64,000 nucleotides of DNA from Candidatus Bathyarchaeota archaeon (lineage in GTDB: Archaea > Thermoproteota > Bathyarchaeia > Bathyarchaeales > Bathycorpusculaceae): NCBI GenBank assembly GCA_963767735.1, contig CAVYES010000005.1, forward strand, positions 352,001-416,000, given 5' to 3'. The notes below the pieces were generated by a model, which saw only the letters and a list, made by a program, of their open reading frames with translations, ran no database searches and was not told the origin of the DNA. Shown piece after piece: positions 38,945-48,928 of the stretch. Each line of letters opens with the position of its first letter. Within the stretch, counting starts at the first letter, position 1. Both the position numbers and the translations under genes were made by a program.

Positions 38945-41227
38945 TTGCGCGTAAAAATTAACGTTACAGGTATTGTTCAAGGCGTCGGTTTCCGCCCATT
39001 CATCTACCGCACGGCAGTGCAAAACGGTTTGGCAGGGTACGTTCGCAACCGGGGCGACGCTGGAGTAGAAATTCTCTTGGAAGGAGACGTCCAAGGCATC
39101 CAAAATTTTATGCATGATTTGACGGAGAAGAAGCCGCCCCTAGCGCAAATTGACGCAGTAAAATCAACTGAGCTTTCTGGCAAAAACGAGTATGACGAAT
39201 TTACGATTTACAAAAGTTCCCAAGAAATGGAGCTTTCAGGCTCAATTATACCTCCAGACATTGCCATATGCGACGAGTGCCTAGCGGAGTTGCGTGACCC
39301 AAAAAACCCACGCTACGAATACTTCTTTATCACCTGCACCAATTGCGGCCCCCGCTTCACAATCATCGAGCGGTTGCCCTACGACCGAGAAAACACCACC
39401 ATGCGCGAGTTTCCACTATGCGGTTTTTGCCTAAAAGAATATGAGGATCCAGCAAACAGGCGTTTTCACGCGCAAACCGTTGCTTGCCCAACCTGCGGTC
39501 CAAAAGCTTACTTAACAACAAAAACGGGCGAACCAATCAAAGCCAAAGACCCGGTACATGAGGCGGGAAAACTACTGTCCGAAGGCAACGTGCTTGCAAT
39601 AAAGGGGTATGGCGGCTTCCACATTGCAGCCTCAACCATGCAAGAGAAGCCTTTGGAGGTGCTTCGAGCAACGAAGCATAGGCGCGAAAAACCCTTCGCC
39701 ATCATGGCAAAAAGCCTGGAGGCGGCTAAAAGCTTCGCCGAAGTAAGTTCGAAGGAGCAAGAACTGCTCTCTTCCCCACAAAGCCCAATAGTGCTGCTAA
39801 GCAAAAACCGCCGCTACAATCTTTCCCCTCTGGTTGCGCCGAACTTGCACAACGTCGGCGTCATGCTGCCCTACACTGGCTTGCACTACATGCTTTTCGA
39901 CCAAGTTGATGACTTATCGTTTGTGATGACCAGCGCTAACCCGCCGAACCAACCTATCGTGAAAGACAACAATGAAGCACTCAACACGCTGGGTGGCACC
40001 GTGGATTATTTTTTGTTTCATAACCGCAACATAGCCCATCGATGCGACGACTCAGTGATGCGTGCTCATGGGGGTCGTCAAGTGTTTCTTAGGCGAAGCC
40101 GAGGTTACGCTCCAGCGCCGGTCAGGCTTAAAGCTAAAGCGAAACGGTGCGTTGTCGGTTTAGGGGGCGAACTAAACAACACCGCTTGCGTGTTGCTTGA
40201 CGATAAAGCCTTCATCAGCCAACACATCGGCGATGTGGAAAACGTGGAAACCCGCGCGTTTCTTTTGGAAGCCACAAATCACCTCTACCAGCTAACCAAC
40301 TGCCACGCTGAAACCGTAGTTTGCGATTTGCACCCTAAATTCACCACAACTGCTTTAGCCCAGGAATTGGCGGAAGCGGATGGTTCAGCGCTGATTCAGG
40401 TGCAGCATCACCATGCGCACGCGGCTGGTTTAATGGCTGAACACGATGCGGAAGAGGCTGTCACTGTTGTTTGCGACGGCTATGGCTATGGAACTGACGG
40501 CGGGGCTTGGGGCGGCGAGGTCCTGTTTTGCACTCGTGAGTCGGCTGAGTTTAAGCGGCTTGGGCATCTGGAACCTCAACCGTTGCTCGGAGGAGATGTG
40601 GCTAGCCGTTACCCTTTGCGTCTAGCTGCTGGAATGCTCGCTAAAGCAGGCGTGGCGGTTGAGCCTTGGCTGAAGCAGAACAGTGCGCATTTGCCTTTCG
40701 GAGAAACAGAAGCCAACCTCATTCTAAGCCAACTTGCAAAAGGCATCGGAACGGTTCAAACTACAAGTTGCGGCAGAGTATTGGACGCAGTCTCAGCTGT
40801 TTTAGGCGTATGTTATGAGCGCACCTATGAGGGGGAACCAGCCATGAAACTGGAATCAGCCGCAATAGCGGGCAAAGATGTTTTGAACATAGCGCCCATC
40901 CTGGATGGCGACACGCTGGACACGGCGGTCTTGCTGAGGTTAATTTTTGAAAACAAACAAAAATTATCCGTTGGCGATTTAGCTTATTCTGCGCATGCTT
41001 ACTTGGCAAAAGGTCTAGGCTCCATAGCGGTAGCAAAAGCTTCAGCGCTTGGCGTTAGCGACGTTGGGTTTTCGGGGGGTGCTGCCTGCAACCAGATACT
41101 TGCAACAGTCATGCGCGAAGCCGTTGAGGCGGCGGGGCTGCGGTTTCTAGTTCATGAGGCTGTTCCCGCTGGGGATGGGGGCGTTTCGTTTGGTCAGGCA
41201 GTTGTAGGTGGGTTTTCTCGGTTTTAG
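38945..41227 (+). CDS. hypF: Carbamoyltransferase HypF
   Basis: GIVQGVGFRPF, two CxxC zinc fingers, QHHHAH, GDGGVSFGQ. Confidence 0.96.
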   Translation: MRVKINVTGIVQGVGFRPFIYRTAVQNGLAGYVRNRGDAGVEILLEGDVQGIQNFMHDLTEKKPPLAQIDAVKSTELSGKNEYDEFTIYKSSQEMELSGSIIPPDIAICDECLAELRDPKNPRYEYFFITCTNCGPRFTIIERLPYDRENTTMREFPLCGFCLKEYEDPANRRFHAQTVACPTCGPKAYLTTKTGEPIKAKDPVHEAGKLLSEGNVLAIKGYGGFHIAASTMQEKPLEVLRATKHRREKPFAIMAKSLEAAKSFAEVSSKEQELLSSPQSPIVLLSKNRRYNLSPLVAPNLHNVGVMLPYTGLHYMLFDQVDDLSFVMTSANPPNQPIVKDNNEALNTLGGTVDYFLFHNRNIAHRCDDSVMRAHGGRQVFLRRSRGYAPAPVRLKAKAKRCVVGLGGELNNTACVLLDDKAFISQHIGDVENVETRAFLLEATNHLYQLTNCHAETVVCDLHPKFTTTALAQELAEADGSALIQVQHHHAHAAGLMAEHDAEEAVTVVCDGYGYGTDGGAWGGEVLFCTRESAEFKRLGHLEPQPLLGGDVASRYPLRLAAGMLAKAGVAVEPWLKQNSAHLPFGETEANLILSQLAKGIGTVQTTSCGRVLDAVSAVLGVCYERTYEGEPAMKLESAAIAGKDVLNIAPILDGDTLDTAVLLRLIFENKQKLSVGDLAYSAHAYLAKGLGSIAVAKASALGVSDVGFSGGAACNQILATVMREAVEAAGLRFLVHEAVPAGDGGVSFGQAVVGGFSRF

Positions 41228-41276
41228 ACCAATTTCTTTTTATCGCCCTTTAATGCGTGTTTAATGATTGATAAGT

Positions 41277-41501
41277 ATGTGTTTAGCAATTCCTGCCAAA
41301 ATAATGAACCTTGACGGCAGCAAAGCCAACGTGGATTTTGGTCAAGGTGTACTGCGAGAAGTTAACGTGACGCTTGTTGACGCTAAAGTGGGCGATTACG
41401 TTCTGGTCCACGCAGGCTACGCTATTCAAGTTATCGAAGAAAAGGAAGCCTTAGAAACCCTCAGCCTCTGGAACAGCATCCTAGAAGCTACCCCAGAATA
41501 G
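41277..41501 (+). CDS. hypC: Hydrogenase chaperone HypC
   Basis: MCLAIPAK...VGDYVLVHAGYAI. Confidence 0.96.
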   Translation: MCLAIPAKIMNLDGSKANVDFGQGVLREVNVTLVDAKVGDYVLVHAGYAIQVIEEKEALETLSLWNSILEATPE

Positions 41502-41522
41502 ACAGCAGGTGAAGCGAGTGGC

Positions 41523-42611
41523 ATGGCTGAAAACCTAAAATTCAGAAACCCCGAACTTGCACACAATATAGCGTCCAAAATCCAAAGTTTGGCGCCGAAG
41601 GCTGGAAAAATAAAAATCTGCCATGTCTGCGGGACCCACGAGTGGACAATTACGCATTTTGGTTTGCGCAGTCTTTTACCCCAGAACGTTGAGGTTATTG
41701 CTGGTCCCGGCTGTCCCGTTTGCATTGTGCCAGCGGCTGAAATTGATGAAGCCGTACAGCTAGCCCAGATGGGCATCGTGGTTACATGTTTCGGTGACGT
41801 GCTGCGAGTGCCAGGAAGCAAAATGTCGCTTCTAGAAGCTAAAGCGGCTGGCGCTGACGTCAGAATTGTATATGCAACTTCCGACGCGGTGGAAATGGCA
41901 AAACATGAGCCTCAGAAGCAGTTTGCGTTTTTCGCTGTAGGTTTCGAAACCACGGCTCCATCAACAGCTGTTGAAGCACTCGGCAACCCACCAAAAAACC
42001 TCAGTTTTCTCGTTTCTCACCGTTTGATTCCCCCAGCTATGGAGCTGCTGCTCGGCGTGGGCGACTTGGAGATTGACGGTTTCATTGCGCCAGGACATGT
42101 GAGCGCCATTATCGGACTTAAGCCCTATGAGCTGTTTCCTAGGGTTTATCGGATGCCCACAGTTGTGGCTGGTTTTGAGCCTATTGATGTTTTGATGTCT
42201 GTTTACATGATTGTGAAGCAGTACAGCGAAGGGTCAGCTAAGCTGGAGAATGAGTATCCGCGTGTGGTTAAGCCTGAAGGCAACCCAAAGGCGCTGGAAA
42301 TAATGAATCAAGCATTCACTGTTACTGGCGGCAACTGGCGTGGAATCGGTAGGCTTCCAGACTCCGCATTGCAGCTACGTGAATCACTTGCAGATTACGA
42401 TGCACGATTAAAGTTTAACGTTCATGTAGAGCAGGGCAAAGATATCCTGCTTGGCTGCGAATGCCACCTCGTCATCATCGGAAAAATCAAGCCCGCCCAG
42501 TGCCCCATGTTCCTCAAAGCCTGCACACCCGAAAAACCCGTCGGCGCATGCATGGTCAGCAGCGAAGGCACCTGCAGGGTCTGGGCAAAAAACGTAGCCG
42601 TCGAGGCGTAG
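41523..42611 (+). CDS. hypD: Hydrogenase maturation protein HypD
   Basis: HVCGTHE, GPGCPVC, GFETT, GACMVSSEGTC. Confidence 0.96.
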   Translation: MAENLKFRNPELAHNIASKIQSLAPKAGKIKICHVCGTHEWTITHFGLRSLLPQNVEVIAGPGCPVCIVPAAEIDEAVQLAQMGIVVTCFGDVLRVPGSKMSLLEAKAAGADVRIVYATSDAVEMAKHEPQKQFAFFAVGFETTAPSTAVEALGNPPKNLSFLVSHRLIPPAMELLLGVGDLEIDGFIAPGHVSAIIGLKPYELFPRVYRMPTVVAGFEPIDVLMSVYMIVKQYSEGSAKLENEYPRVVKPEGNPKALEIMNQAFTVTGGNWRGIGRLPDSALQLRESLADYDARLKFNVHVEQGKDILLGCECHLVIIGKIKPAQCPMFLKACTPEKPVGACMVSSEGTCRVWAKNVAVEA

Positions 42612-42858
42612 GTCGCATTTTTTGTGGTTGAAAATTGGCACAAAAAATAGGTAGGGCTATAGGTGGGCGTTGCTGGTTCAGGGTTTGTTTTGAGTTGATT
42701 TTTTGGTTCAGCGTTTAAATTCTTGGCGGCTTGATTGGCGCCTCTACAAATAATGAGGCTTTTGACTGACGAAGCAAATTTGGGACATCTAGACAATCCA
42801 AATAGACTTTAGACCTCAACCTACGCACCCTGCGTAGAAAAAATAAACTGCAAACATG

Positions 42859-43926
42859 TTAGCAGATTCTCGGCACTGGATCGCCTATGGGCCGTGCGAT
42901 TATCCTTTTGCCGCCGACCAAGGTTTGCATTGCCACGCCTTTAAACTGAGTTGTAGTTTCGCCGATTATCTGAGCGTTTTTGCCCTCATCCGTCTGCTTC
43001 AAAAACTCCAGTGCTTCTTGCGCCTTTTCCGCGACGACGCCGATTATGTATTTGCCCTCATTTCCAACTTCCAACGGGTCTAACCCAAGCATATCGCATG
43101 CTGTTTGAACGTCCTTTCGAATGGGAACTTTGTCTTCATATGTTAAAATGCCAACTTTGGATTTTTCAGCCCACTCATTAAGGGCATCAGCCAAACCGCC
43201 ACGAGTGGGATCTTTTACAGCAATAACCCCCCCTATTTGCGCGAATAATTGCTGAAGCATGCGATTTAATGGTCTTACATCGGATTTTATTTCGCTTCCA
43301 AAAGTCAGGCCCTGCTGAGCCGAAAGCACAGCTAATCCGTGGTCGCCGATTGTGCCTGTTAAGATGATTTTGTCGCCTGCCACCAAATTTGAGTCAAGTG
43401 TCCAGCGCGAGGTGACGCTTCGGTATTGCCTCGCGACTTTGATGTTGCTGTCTAAGTCCGGAGTTCTTTTGCCGATTCCTGAAACATTCATGACCAAACC
43501 GCCTAAGCTGCCCTTCTCCACCACCTTCGTATCGCCCGTAACGATGCCGACGCCTGCTTCAATGCAGGTTTCCCGCATACTCACCAAAATCCGCTCCAAA
43601 TCCGAAAGCAGCAAACCTTCCTCCAAAATAAACCCGCAAGCCAAAGCATAAGGCATCGCGCCCATAGCCGAAATATCGTTAACCGTGCCTGAAACTGCCA
43701 AGCGTCCAATGTCGCCGCCTGGGAAAAAAATTGGCTTAACTGCGTGGGAATCGCTCTTAAACACTATGTCGCCGATTACTGCAGCGTCATCCATCGCCTC
43801 TAGCGGCACCTCAGCAGCGTTGCCTATACCGCCGAAATATTTTACAATGTAGTTTTTGACCAAGTTATGCATGACTGTGCCGCCCGCGCCATGCAGCATC
43901 GTGATTTTCTCGTTTTTACCAGACAT
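42859..43926 (-). CDS. hypE: Hydrogenase maturation protein HypE
   Basis: HGAGG, FFPGGDIG, TGDTKV, DPTRGG, C-terminal PRIC. Confidence 0.96.
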   Translation of the reverse strand: MSGKNEKITMLHGAGGTVMHNLVKNYIVKYFGGIGNAAEVPLEAMDDAAVIGDIVFKSDSHAVKPIFFPGGDIGRLAVSGTVNDISAMGAMPYALACGFILEEGLLLSDLERILVSMRETCIEAGVGIVTGDTKVVEKGSLGGLVMNVSGIGKRTPDLDSNIKVARQYRSVTSRWTLDSNLVAGDKIILTGTIGDHGLAVLSAQQGLTFGSEIKSDVRPLNRMLQQLFAQIGGVIAVKDPTRGGLADALNEWAEKSKVGILTYEDKVPIRKDVQTACDMLGLDPLEVGNEGKYIIGVVAEKAQEALEFLKQTDEGKNAQIIGETTTQFKGVAMQTLVGGKRIIARPIGDPVPRIC

Positions 43927-44028
43927 TCCAAAACCGCCTTTTTAACGAGTGCAATAGCAAATACAATACAGGCAAACATATACGTTTTAGCTATAAGCAA
44001 CATCCGAATGGAAAAACGGTCAACTTTG

Positions 44029-44077
44029 CTAGGCAGAGAAAGATTCGAACCTGTACGTAAGTGGAGATTTCACCTGC
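44029..44077 (-). repeat. Degenerate tRNA 3'-end fragment plus 19-bp site (att-like site A4)
   Basis: ggcagagaaagattcgaac-ctgtacgt-aagtggagatttcacctgc. Confidence 0.72.
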
Positions 44078-44246
44078 AAATCCTAATTGTATGTGAGGTT
44101 CGAGACGCTCTGTCTCATCACCAACTAGTTTCTGTTGGTATAGCGCGGCGCGTCTTCCTTCGCATATTTTATGAATAAATATTTGGGGACAAATAAGACA
44201 TGAATTAGGTGAGCTACAATAGCAAATCAGAAGGTAACTGAGAGAG

Positions 44247-44486
44247 TTATTTGATTATTTCGCCGATTGCCGTTTTTTCGCCGACTTGTGTTACCTTTAT
44301 TTTCACGCGGTCTCTTGGCTTGGTTTTTGGCACAATTATGATGTAGCCCCGAATTTTTGACATTCCGTCTCCGCTTGGGCATAAGTCGGTGATGTTCACT
44401 TCTAATTCCTCGCCCAACTCGACGGGGGGTTGCTTCTTAGTATAGTTGATTTTGTATTGTCCGCCTCGTACTCTTCTGTGAACCAC
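44247..44486 (-). CDS. Single TRAM-domain protein
   Basis: PPVELGEELEVNITD...GDGMSKIRGYIIIVPKTKPRDRVKIKVTQV. Confidence 0.88.
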   Translation of the reverse strand: MVHRRVRGGQYKINYTKKQPPVELGEELEVNITDLCPSGDGMSKIRGYIIIVPKTKPRDRVKIKVTQVGEKTAIGEIIK

Positions 44487-44585
44487 GCAAAAACCTCGCT
44501 TATTTTGTGTGGTAAATGGGGACGAGGGCTTAAGTCTTACGCAGCTTATTCCTTATTTTAATGCGGTCACACAAAGCTGTGTGAT

Positions 44586-45074
44586 TTAATTCTTGTTTAT
44601 TTCTTCATCAGCCCTAAATTCTATTTTGCCACATTTTGGGCATAAGTAAACTATTACAGGCAGTACTTCTTCTCCAAGCTTGCCCGAGTCATCGCCAGTA
44701 AGCTTTGGCTGCTGTCCACCCCATCCATCAATTCTAAACTCAGTTCTAGTCCGGGTCATCTCAACGTTACATAAAGAGCAACAAGTAACTGGGGCGTTTT
44801 TCGCTAGGCATTCTTCGGTCTTTTTGTCATCTTTAAATTCACTTTCAGCTTCAATTTTTTCAGCCTCAAGAGGTGCGGACTCACTTTCAATATTTCCCAA
44901 AAACCTGCATTTTATCGCACATTCTCGTCTAGACCAGCAGAGGTAACAACAGGTCATCTTCTCGTAGTTTTGGCATCGAACCTGCCTGCTTGCCCTCCCT
45001 TTTTCACTGTCAGAGACAGCTGAACATAATTTCTCAATTGTTGAATATTCACAACTATTCGCTAAGTCCGACAA
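44586..45074 (-). CDS. Cys-rich protein with C-terminal zinc ribbon
   Basis: C..CCYLC...C...C N-domain; CSLC...CPKCGKIEF C-domain. Confidence 0.65.
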   Translation of the reverse strand: MSDLANSCEYSTIEKLCSAVSDSEKGRASRQVRCQNYEKMTCCYLCWSRRECAIKCRFLGNIESESAPLEAEKIEAESEFKDDKKTEECLAKNAPVTCCSLCNVEMTRTRTEFRIDGWGGQQPKLTGDDSGKLGEEVLPVIVYLCPKCGKIEFRADEEINKN

Positions 45075-45200
45075 ATTGCTTTCTTCCTACTGCACAACCC
45101 AAATTACAGTTTTGCCTATGTGTGTTTTGGTCGGAAAACAAAAAACATTGCCGCTTCTTTTCCATGCCTGAATTCACGTAACCGCGCGTTATCAGTGAGG

Positions 45201-45250
45201 CGGGCAGGGAGGATTGGAACCTCCAACCCCAACTTAGAATGTTGGTGCCT
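45201..45250 (-). pseudogene. tRNA-Arg(TCT)-like relic (anticodon arm to 3' end)
   Basis: Reverse complement reads ccaac-attctaa-gttgg, ggagg-ttccaat-cctcc, ctgcccg; 5' half not recognisable. Confidence 0.62.
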
Positions 45251-45495
45251 TTTTCACTGATTTCAACCGTAACCGCCTGAACCGACAACACCAAAAACGA
45301 CACTATATAGTCTAATTCCTTTTTTTGGAAAAACTATAAAAGCTTAAACGCCATCCCAAAACTGTACACCTCACGCGTTCGAATTGTTCCTTCGCTGGAA
45401 CAGCAACTAGTCTGTTTAGACTAAAATCTTAGTTGTGATACGGAAAGCCATATAAATTGCTTTTACGTGTTTGTTTGCGCATCGGAGATGTAAAA

Positions 45496-45984
45496 ATGCC
45501 AAAATGGGGATACTCAATAATCAACGAAATGCTTGATCCAGAAAAAACAGCGAAAGCAAGCGGCAGAGAACTCAAAGTATCCCATAAAGCAGCAAGAGAA
45601 GTCTGCAAAGCAATCAAAGGCATGATGCTAACCGACGCAAAACAGTATTTACGGGATGTTGCAGCCAAAAAGAAGGCTGTTCCCTACACAAGGTACAACA
45701 AAAAACTGCCCCATCGCCATGGACTCGTAAACAGCTTTTGCGGAAGATACCCAATTAAAGCTTCACAGCAAATCCTCGATGTTTTAGGATCAGCGCAGTC
45801 TAACGCTGAAAATAAAGGTTTAGACGTAGACAGGTTGCGCATAATTCACGCAGCAGCCTATCAAGGCATCAAATTGAAGCGTTACATGCGAAGAGCGCAC
45901 GGTAGAGCTTCACCAAAATATGACACTACAACACATGTCGAAATAGTTCTAGACGAGAAACCCACCACTCAAGGAGAACAATAA
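45496..45984 (+). CDS. rpl22: 50S ribosomal protein uL22
   Basis: AKASGRELKVSHKAAREVC, GRYPIKA, RAHGRA. Confidence 0.96.
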   Translation: MPKWGYSIINEMLDPEKTAKASGRELKVSHKAAREVCKAIKGMMLTDAKQYLRDVAAKKKAVPYTRYNKKLPHRHGLVNSFCGRYPIKASQQILDVLGSAQSNAENKGLDVDRLRIIHAAAYQGIKLKRYMRRAHGRASPKYDTTTHVEIVLDEKPTTQGEQ

Positions 45985-46725
45985 ATGAGTATAGTCAAAC
46001 GTTTTATAACAGAATCAATCAAAAGAACAGAAATAGATGAATTTTTACAAAAAAAGCTTGACCGAGCCGGATACGGCGGAGTAAACATTTCCAAAACTCC
46101 GCTTGGAACGCATGTTGTAATTTACGCTATGCGTCCAGGTTTAGTCATCGGCAGAGGCGGAGAAACAATAAAAGAACTCGCCTCAGCCCTAGAGCAAAAC
46201 TTCAAAGTTTCCAATCCTCAAATTTCAGTTTCAGAAATCGAAGTTCCAGAATTCAACGCCTTTGTAATCGCGTCACGAGTTGCCTCAGCGCTTCAGCGAG
46301 GCGTTCACTTTAGGCGCGCAGGTTTTTGGGCATTAAACCAAGTTATGGAAGCAGGCGCACTTGGCGCTGAAATAGTTATAAGCGGAAAACTTACCACAGA
46401 ACGAGCACGTTTTGAAAAGTTCAGAGCTGGCTACTTCCCACGATGCGGAGAACCAGCTTTAGTGGCTATGAGAAAAGCTGAAGCTCATGTACAATTAAAA
46501 CCAGGCATTATCGGCGTAAGAGTAAAAATCATGCCGCCGGACGCATATTTCCCTGACAGAATCAAAATTCTCGAGGCAGCGCCCGAGGAAGAAAAAATAG
46601 CTGTTCCAACGCCAGCACCAACACCACCTCAAACTAAAGAAGAATCTCAGGCAGAGCCCGAACCAGAAGCAGAAGTGCAAGCAACAGAAATCGCAGATGA
46701 ACCAAAAGAGGAGGCAAAAAAGTAA
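45985..46725 (+). CDS. rps3: 30S ribosomal protein uS3 with acidic C-terminal tail
   Basis: RPGLVIGRGG, GVHFRRAG, LKPGIIGVRVKI. Confidence 0.96.
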   Translation: MSIVKRFITESIKRTEIDEFLQKKLDRAGYGGVNISKTPLGTHVVIYAMRPGLVIGRGGETIKELASALEQNFKVSNPQISVSEIEVPEFNAFVIASRVASALQRGVHFRRAGFWALNQVMEAGALGAEIVISGKLTTERARFEKFRAGYFPRCGEPALVAMRKAEAHVQLKPGIIGVRVKIMPPDAYFPDRIKILEAAPEEEKIAVPTPAPTPPQTKEESQAEPEPEAEVQATEIADEPKEEAKK

Positions 46726-47032
46726 ATGGCGAGAATGCGAATCAAAGAAATCGTCGACATGTCCCCTGAAGATAGAACAAAGCAAACTTGTTGATTTACG
46801 CGCAGAACTAGCCCGCATCAGAACCATGATTAACGCAGGCGGAGCAGTTGAAAACCCAACAAGAGTAAGAGAACTGCGAAAAACAATCGCTCAAATATTA
46901 ACAGTGGAAAACGAGAATAAATTGGGCATTAGGAAAGCCGCTAAGGAACCTGAGAAGAAACAAAAGAAAAAAGCAGAGAAGCCAGCAAAGAAGCCTAAGG
47001 CTGAAAAAGAAACTGAGGAGACTTCCCAATGA
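46726..47032 (+). CDS. rpl29: 50S ribosomal protein uL29, frameshift near 46780
   Basis: MARMRIKEIVDMSPEDR then KLVDLRAELARIR...ENPTRVRELRKTIAQILT. Confidence 0.9.
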
Positions 47033-47310
47033 AAGTAACCCCAGATATTATTCGTTATGAGTTTATTGGCACTGAAGGCAAAGTCGCCAGAAGCCCTCAT
47101 GAATGCTACGTTGGCTTAGGCGGCAAAGTCGTTGGCGAAACAAAAAACACTTTCACTTTCCTACAGGAAGGGCAAGCGAAGAGTATAATTAAAGAATCAG
47201 CCGTCTTCAACTTTAAGTTTGATGACGGCACAGTTGTAGAGATTGACGGTAAACTTTTAGTCGGCAGATCTGAGGATCGCCTTAAAAAAAGCATTAAGAG
47301 GTTATGGTAA
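47029..47310 (+). CDS. rnp1: RNase P protein subunit Rpp29
   Basis: YEFIG...GKVVGETKNT...IDGKLLVGRSEDRLKK. Confidence 0.92.
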   Translation: MKVTPDIIRYEFIGTEGKVARSPHECYVGLGGKVVGETKNTFTFLQEGQAKSIIKESAVFNFKFDDGTVVEIDGKLLVGRSEDRLKKSIKRLW

Positions 47311-47630
47311 TGTCATTATCTTTTAAGCAACCTAAAAAAACATGCGATGACCGAAACTGTCCATTCCATGGGACTCTTGCAATAAGAGGGCGTGTGCTCG
47401 ACGGCATAGTCCACACGGCTAAAATGGATAAAACCGTTATAGTTGACAGAGAATTCTTACAGTTCTCATCGAAATTCCAACGGTACGAACGAAGGCACGG
47501 TCACATTGCATCCCACAACCCACCTTGTATCGATGTTAAAGAAGGCGACAGAGTAAGAATCGCCGAGTGCAGACCAGTCAGCAAAACCGTTTCTTTTGTT
47601 GTGGTTGAAAAATTAGGAGAGGAAAAGTAG
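47304..47630 (+). CDS. rps17: 30S ribosomal protein uS17
   Basis: CDDRNCPFHG, HNPPC, AECRPVSKT. Confidence 0.96.
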   Translation: MVMSLSFKQPKKTCDDRNCPFHGTLAIRGRVLDGIVHTAKMDKTVIVDREFLQFSSKFQRYERRHGHIASHNPPCIDVKEGDRVRIAECRPVSKTVSFVVVEKLGEEK

Positions 47631-47631
47631 A

Positions 47632-48072
47632 ATGGCGGCAAAGGCAAAACAGAGAGCACTTGTAGCAAAAGGAATGCTTTCACACGGACAAAAAATTAGC
47701 CGTGGTCTTTTATCAGGTTCAGAATTAAAATGCGCCGATAACACGGGTGCACGAGTACTGCGCTTGATTCAAGCCATGGGTTATAAAGGTCGACTGCGAC
47801 GTTACCCATCTGCCACCGTAGGCGATAAAGTAACGGTTTCTGTTAGGCAAGGATCGCCTGACATGAGGAAAAAGATTTTCCAAGCAGTAATTGTTCGTCA
47901 AAGAAAAACTTTCAGACGTGTGGATGGTGTTTGGGTTCAGTTTGAAGATAACGCGGCAGTAATCATTACTCCTGACGGTGAAATGAAAGGTTCAGAAATA
48001 AGAGGTCCAGTAGCTAGAGAGGCAGCCGAAAGATGGCCAAGAATTGCAAGTGCCTCAAGCATAATAGTGTAG
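47632..48072 (+). CDS. rpl14: 50S ribosomal protein uL14
   Basis: [29 protein letters not shown]. Confidence 0.96.
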   Translation: MAAKAKQRALVAKGMLSHGQKISRGLLSGSELKCADNTGARVLRLIQAMGYKGRLRRYPSATVGDKVTVSVRQGSPDMRKKIFQAVIVRQRKTFRRVDGVWVQFEDNAAVIITPDGEMKGSEIRGPVAREAAERWPRIASASSIIV

Positions 48073-48080
48073 GTGCAAAG

Positions 48081-48926
48081 ATGATGCAAGATACTAAACG
48101 AGTAAAAAATCCTGGTAAACAACGAAAAAAGCTTTTTAACGCTCCTGCTCACCTGCGTCACAAGCTTATGGCGGCTCCCCTATCAAACGAGCTTGCTGCT
48201 TCAAGAGGCGCAAAAACTCTTCCAGTAAGAAAGGGCGACACAGTTCGCATTCAACGCGGAGACAACAAGGGCTTTGAAGGCAAAGTTTCACGCGTTGACA
48301 CGAAAGTTATACCGAATCTACATTGAAGGGTTCACACGTGAAAAGGTTGATGGTACAAACATTTTCCTTCCAGTGCACCCATCCAAAGTTGAAATAAGAA
48401 ACCTCAACCTTGACGATAAATGGCGAAAAGACATTCTTGACAGAAAGAAGGAAATAGAAAAGCCTGAGAAAAAAGAAAAAGCAAAAGCAAAACCAGCAAA
48501 GAAAGTTGAAAAGGCTCCAGAGCAGCCGCAAGCAAAGGTTGAAGAGGTAGAAGAAGAAAAACCTGTTGAAGCACCGCTGTTGAAGAAAAAGCAGTAGCGC
48601 CTGAAATTGCAAAAGAAGAAGCACCAGCAGAACAAGTTCCTGAGAAAGTAGCAGAGAAGGCAGTGGAAAAAGCTCCAGCAGCAAAGAAAGCACCAGCCAA
48701 GAAGCCTGCCGCTAAAAAAGCAGCTCCAGCGAAAAAGAAGCCTGCCGAGGAAGAGGCTCCAGTAGAAGAAAAGGCGCCTGCTAAAAAAGCAGCAAAGCCA
48801 AGGGCAGCAGCAAAGAAAACAGCTGCATCGAAAGAAGCACCAGCAAAAGAGGCGGCGGCCAAGAAAACGGCGCCTAAGCCGCGTGCTAAACGTAAAACCT
48901 CTAAAGAAACTGAGGGAGGACAATAA
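48081..48926 (+). CDS. rpl24: 50S ribosomal protein uL24 with long K/A/P/E-rich tail; frameshifts near 48305 and 48575
   Basis: [39 protein letters not shown]; tail ends EGGQ just before rps4e. Confidence 0.88.
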
Positions 48927-48928
48927 TT

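Noticed and set aside
42422-42796. Minus-strand ORF between hypD and hypE
   Set aside because: Half overlaps hypD antisense and shows no recognisable family motif
3660-44077. Motif as a classical integron attC site
   Set aside because: I found no RYYYAAC...GTTRRRY boxes with a long imperfect hairpin, and the nearby integrase resembles archaeal tRNA-targeting integrases rather than IntI
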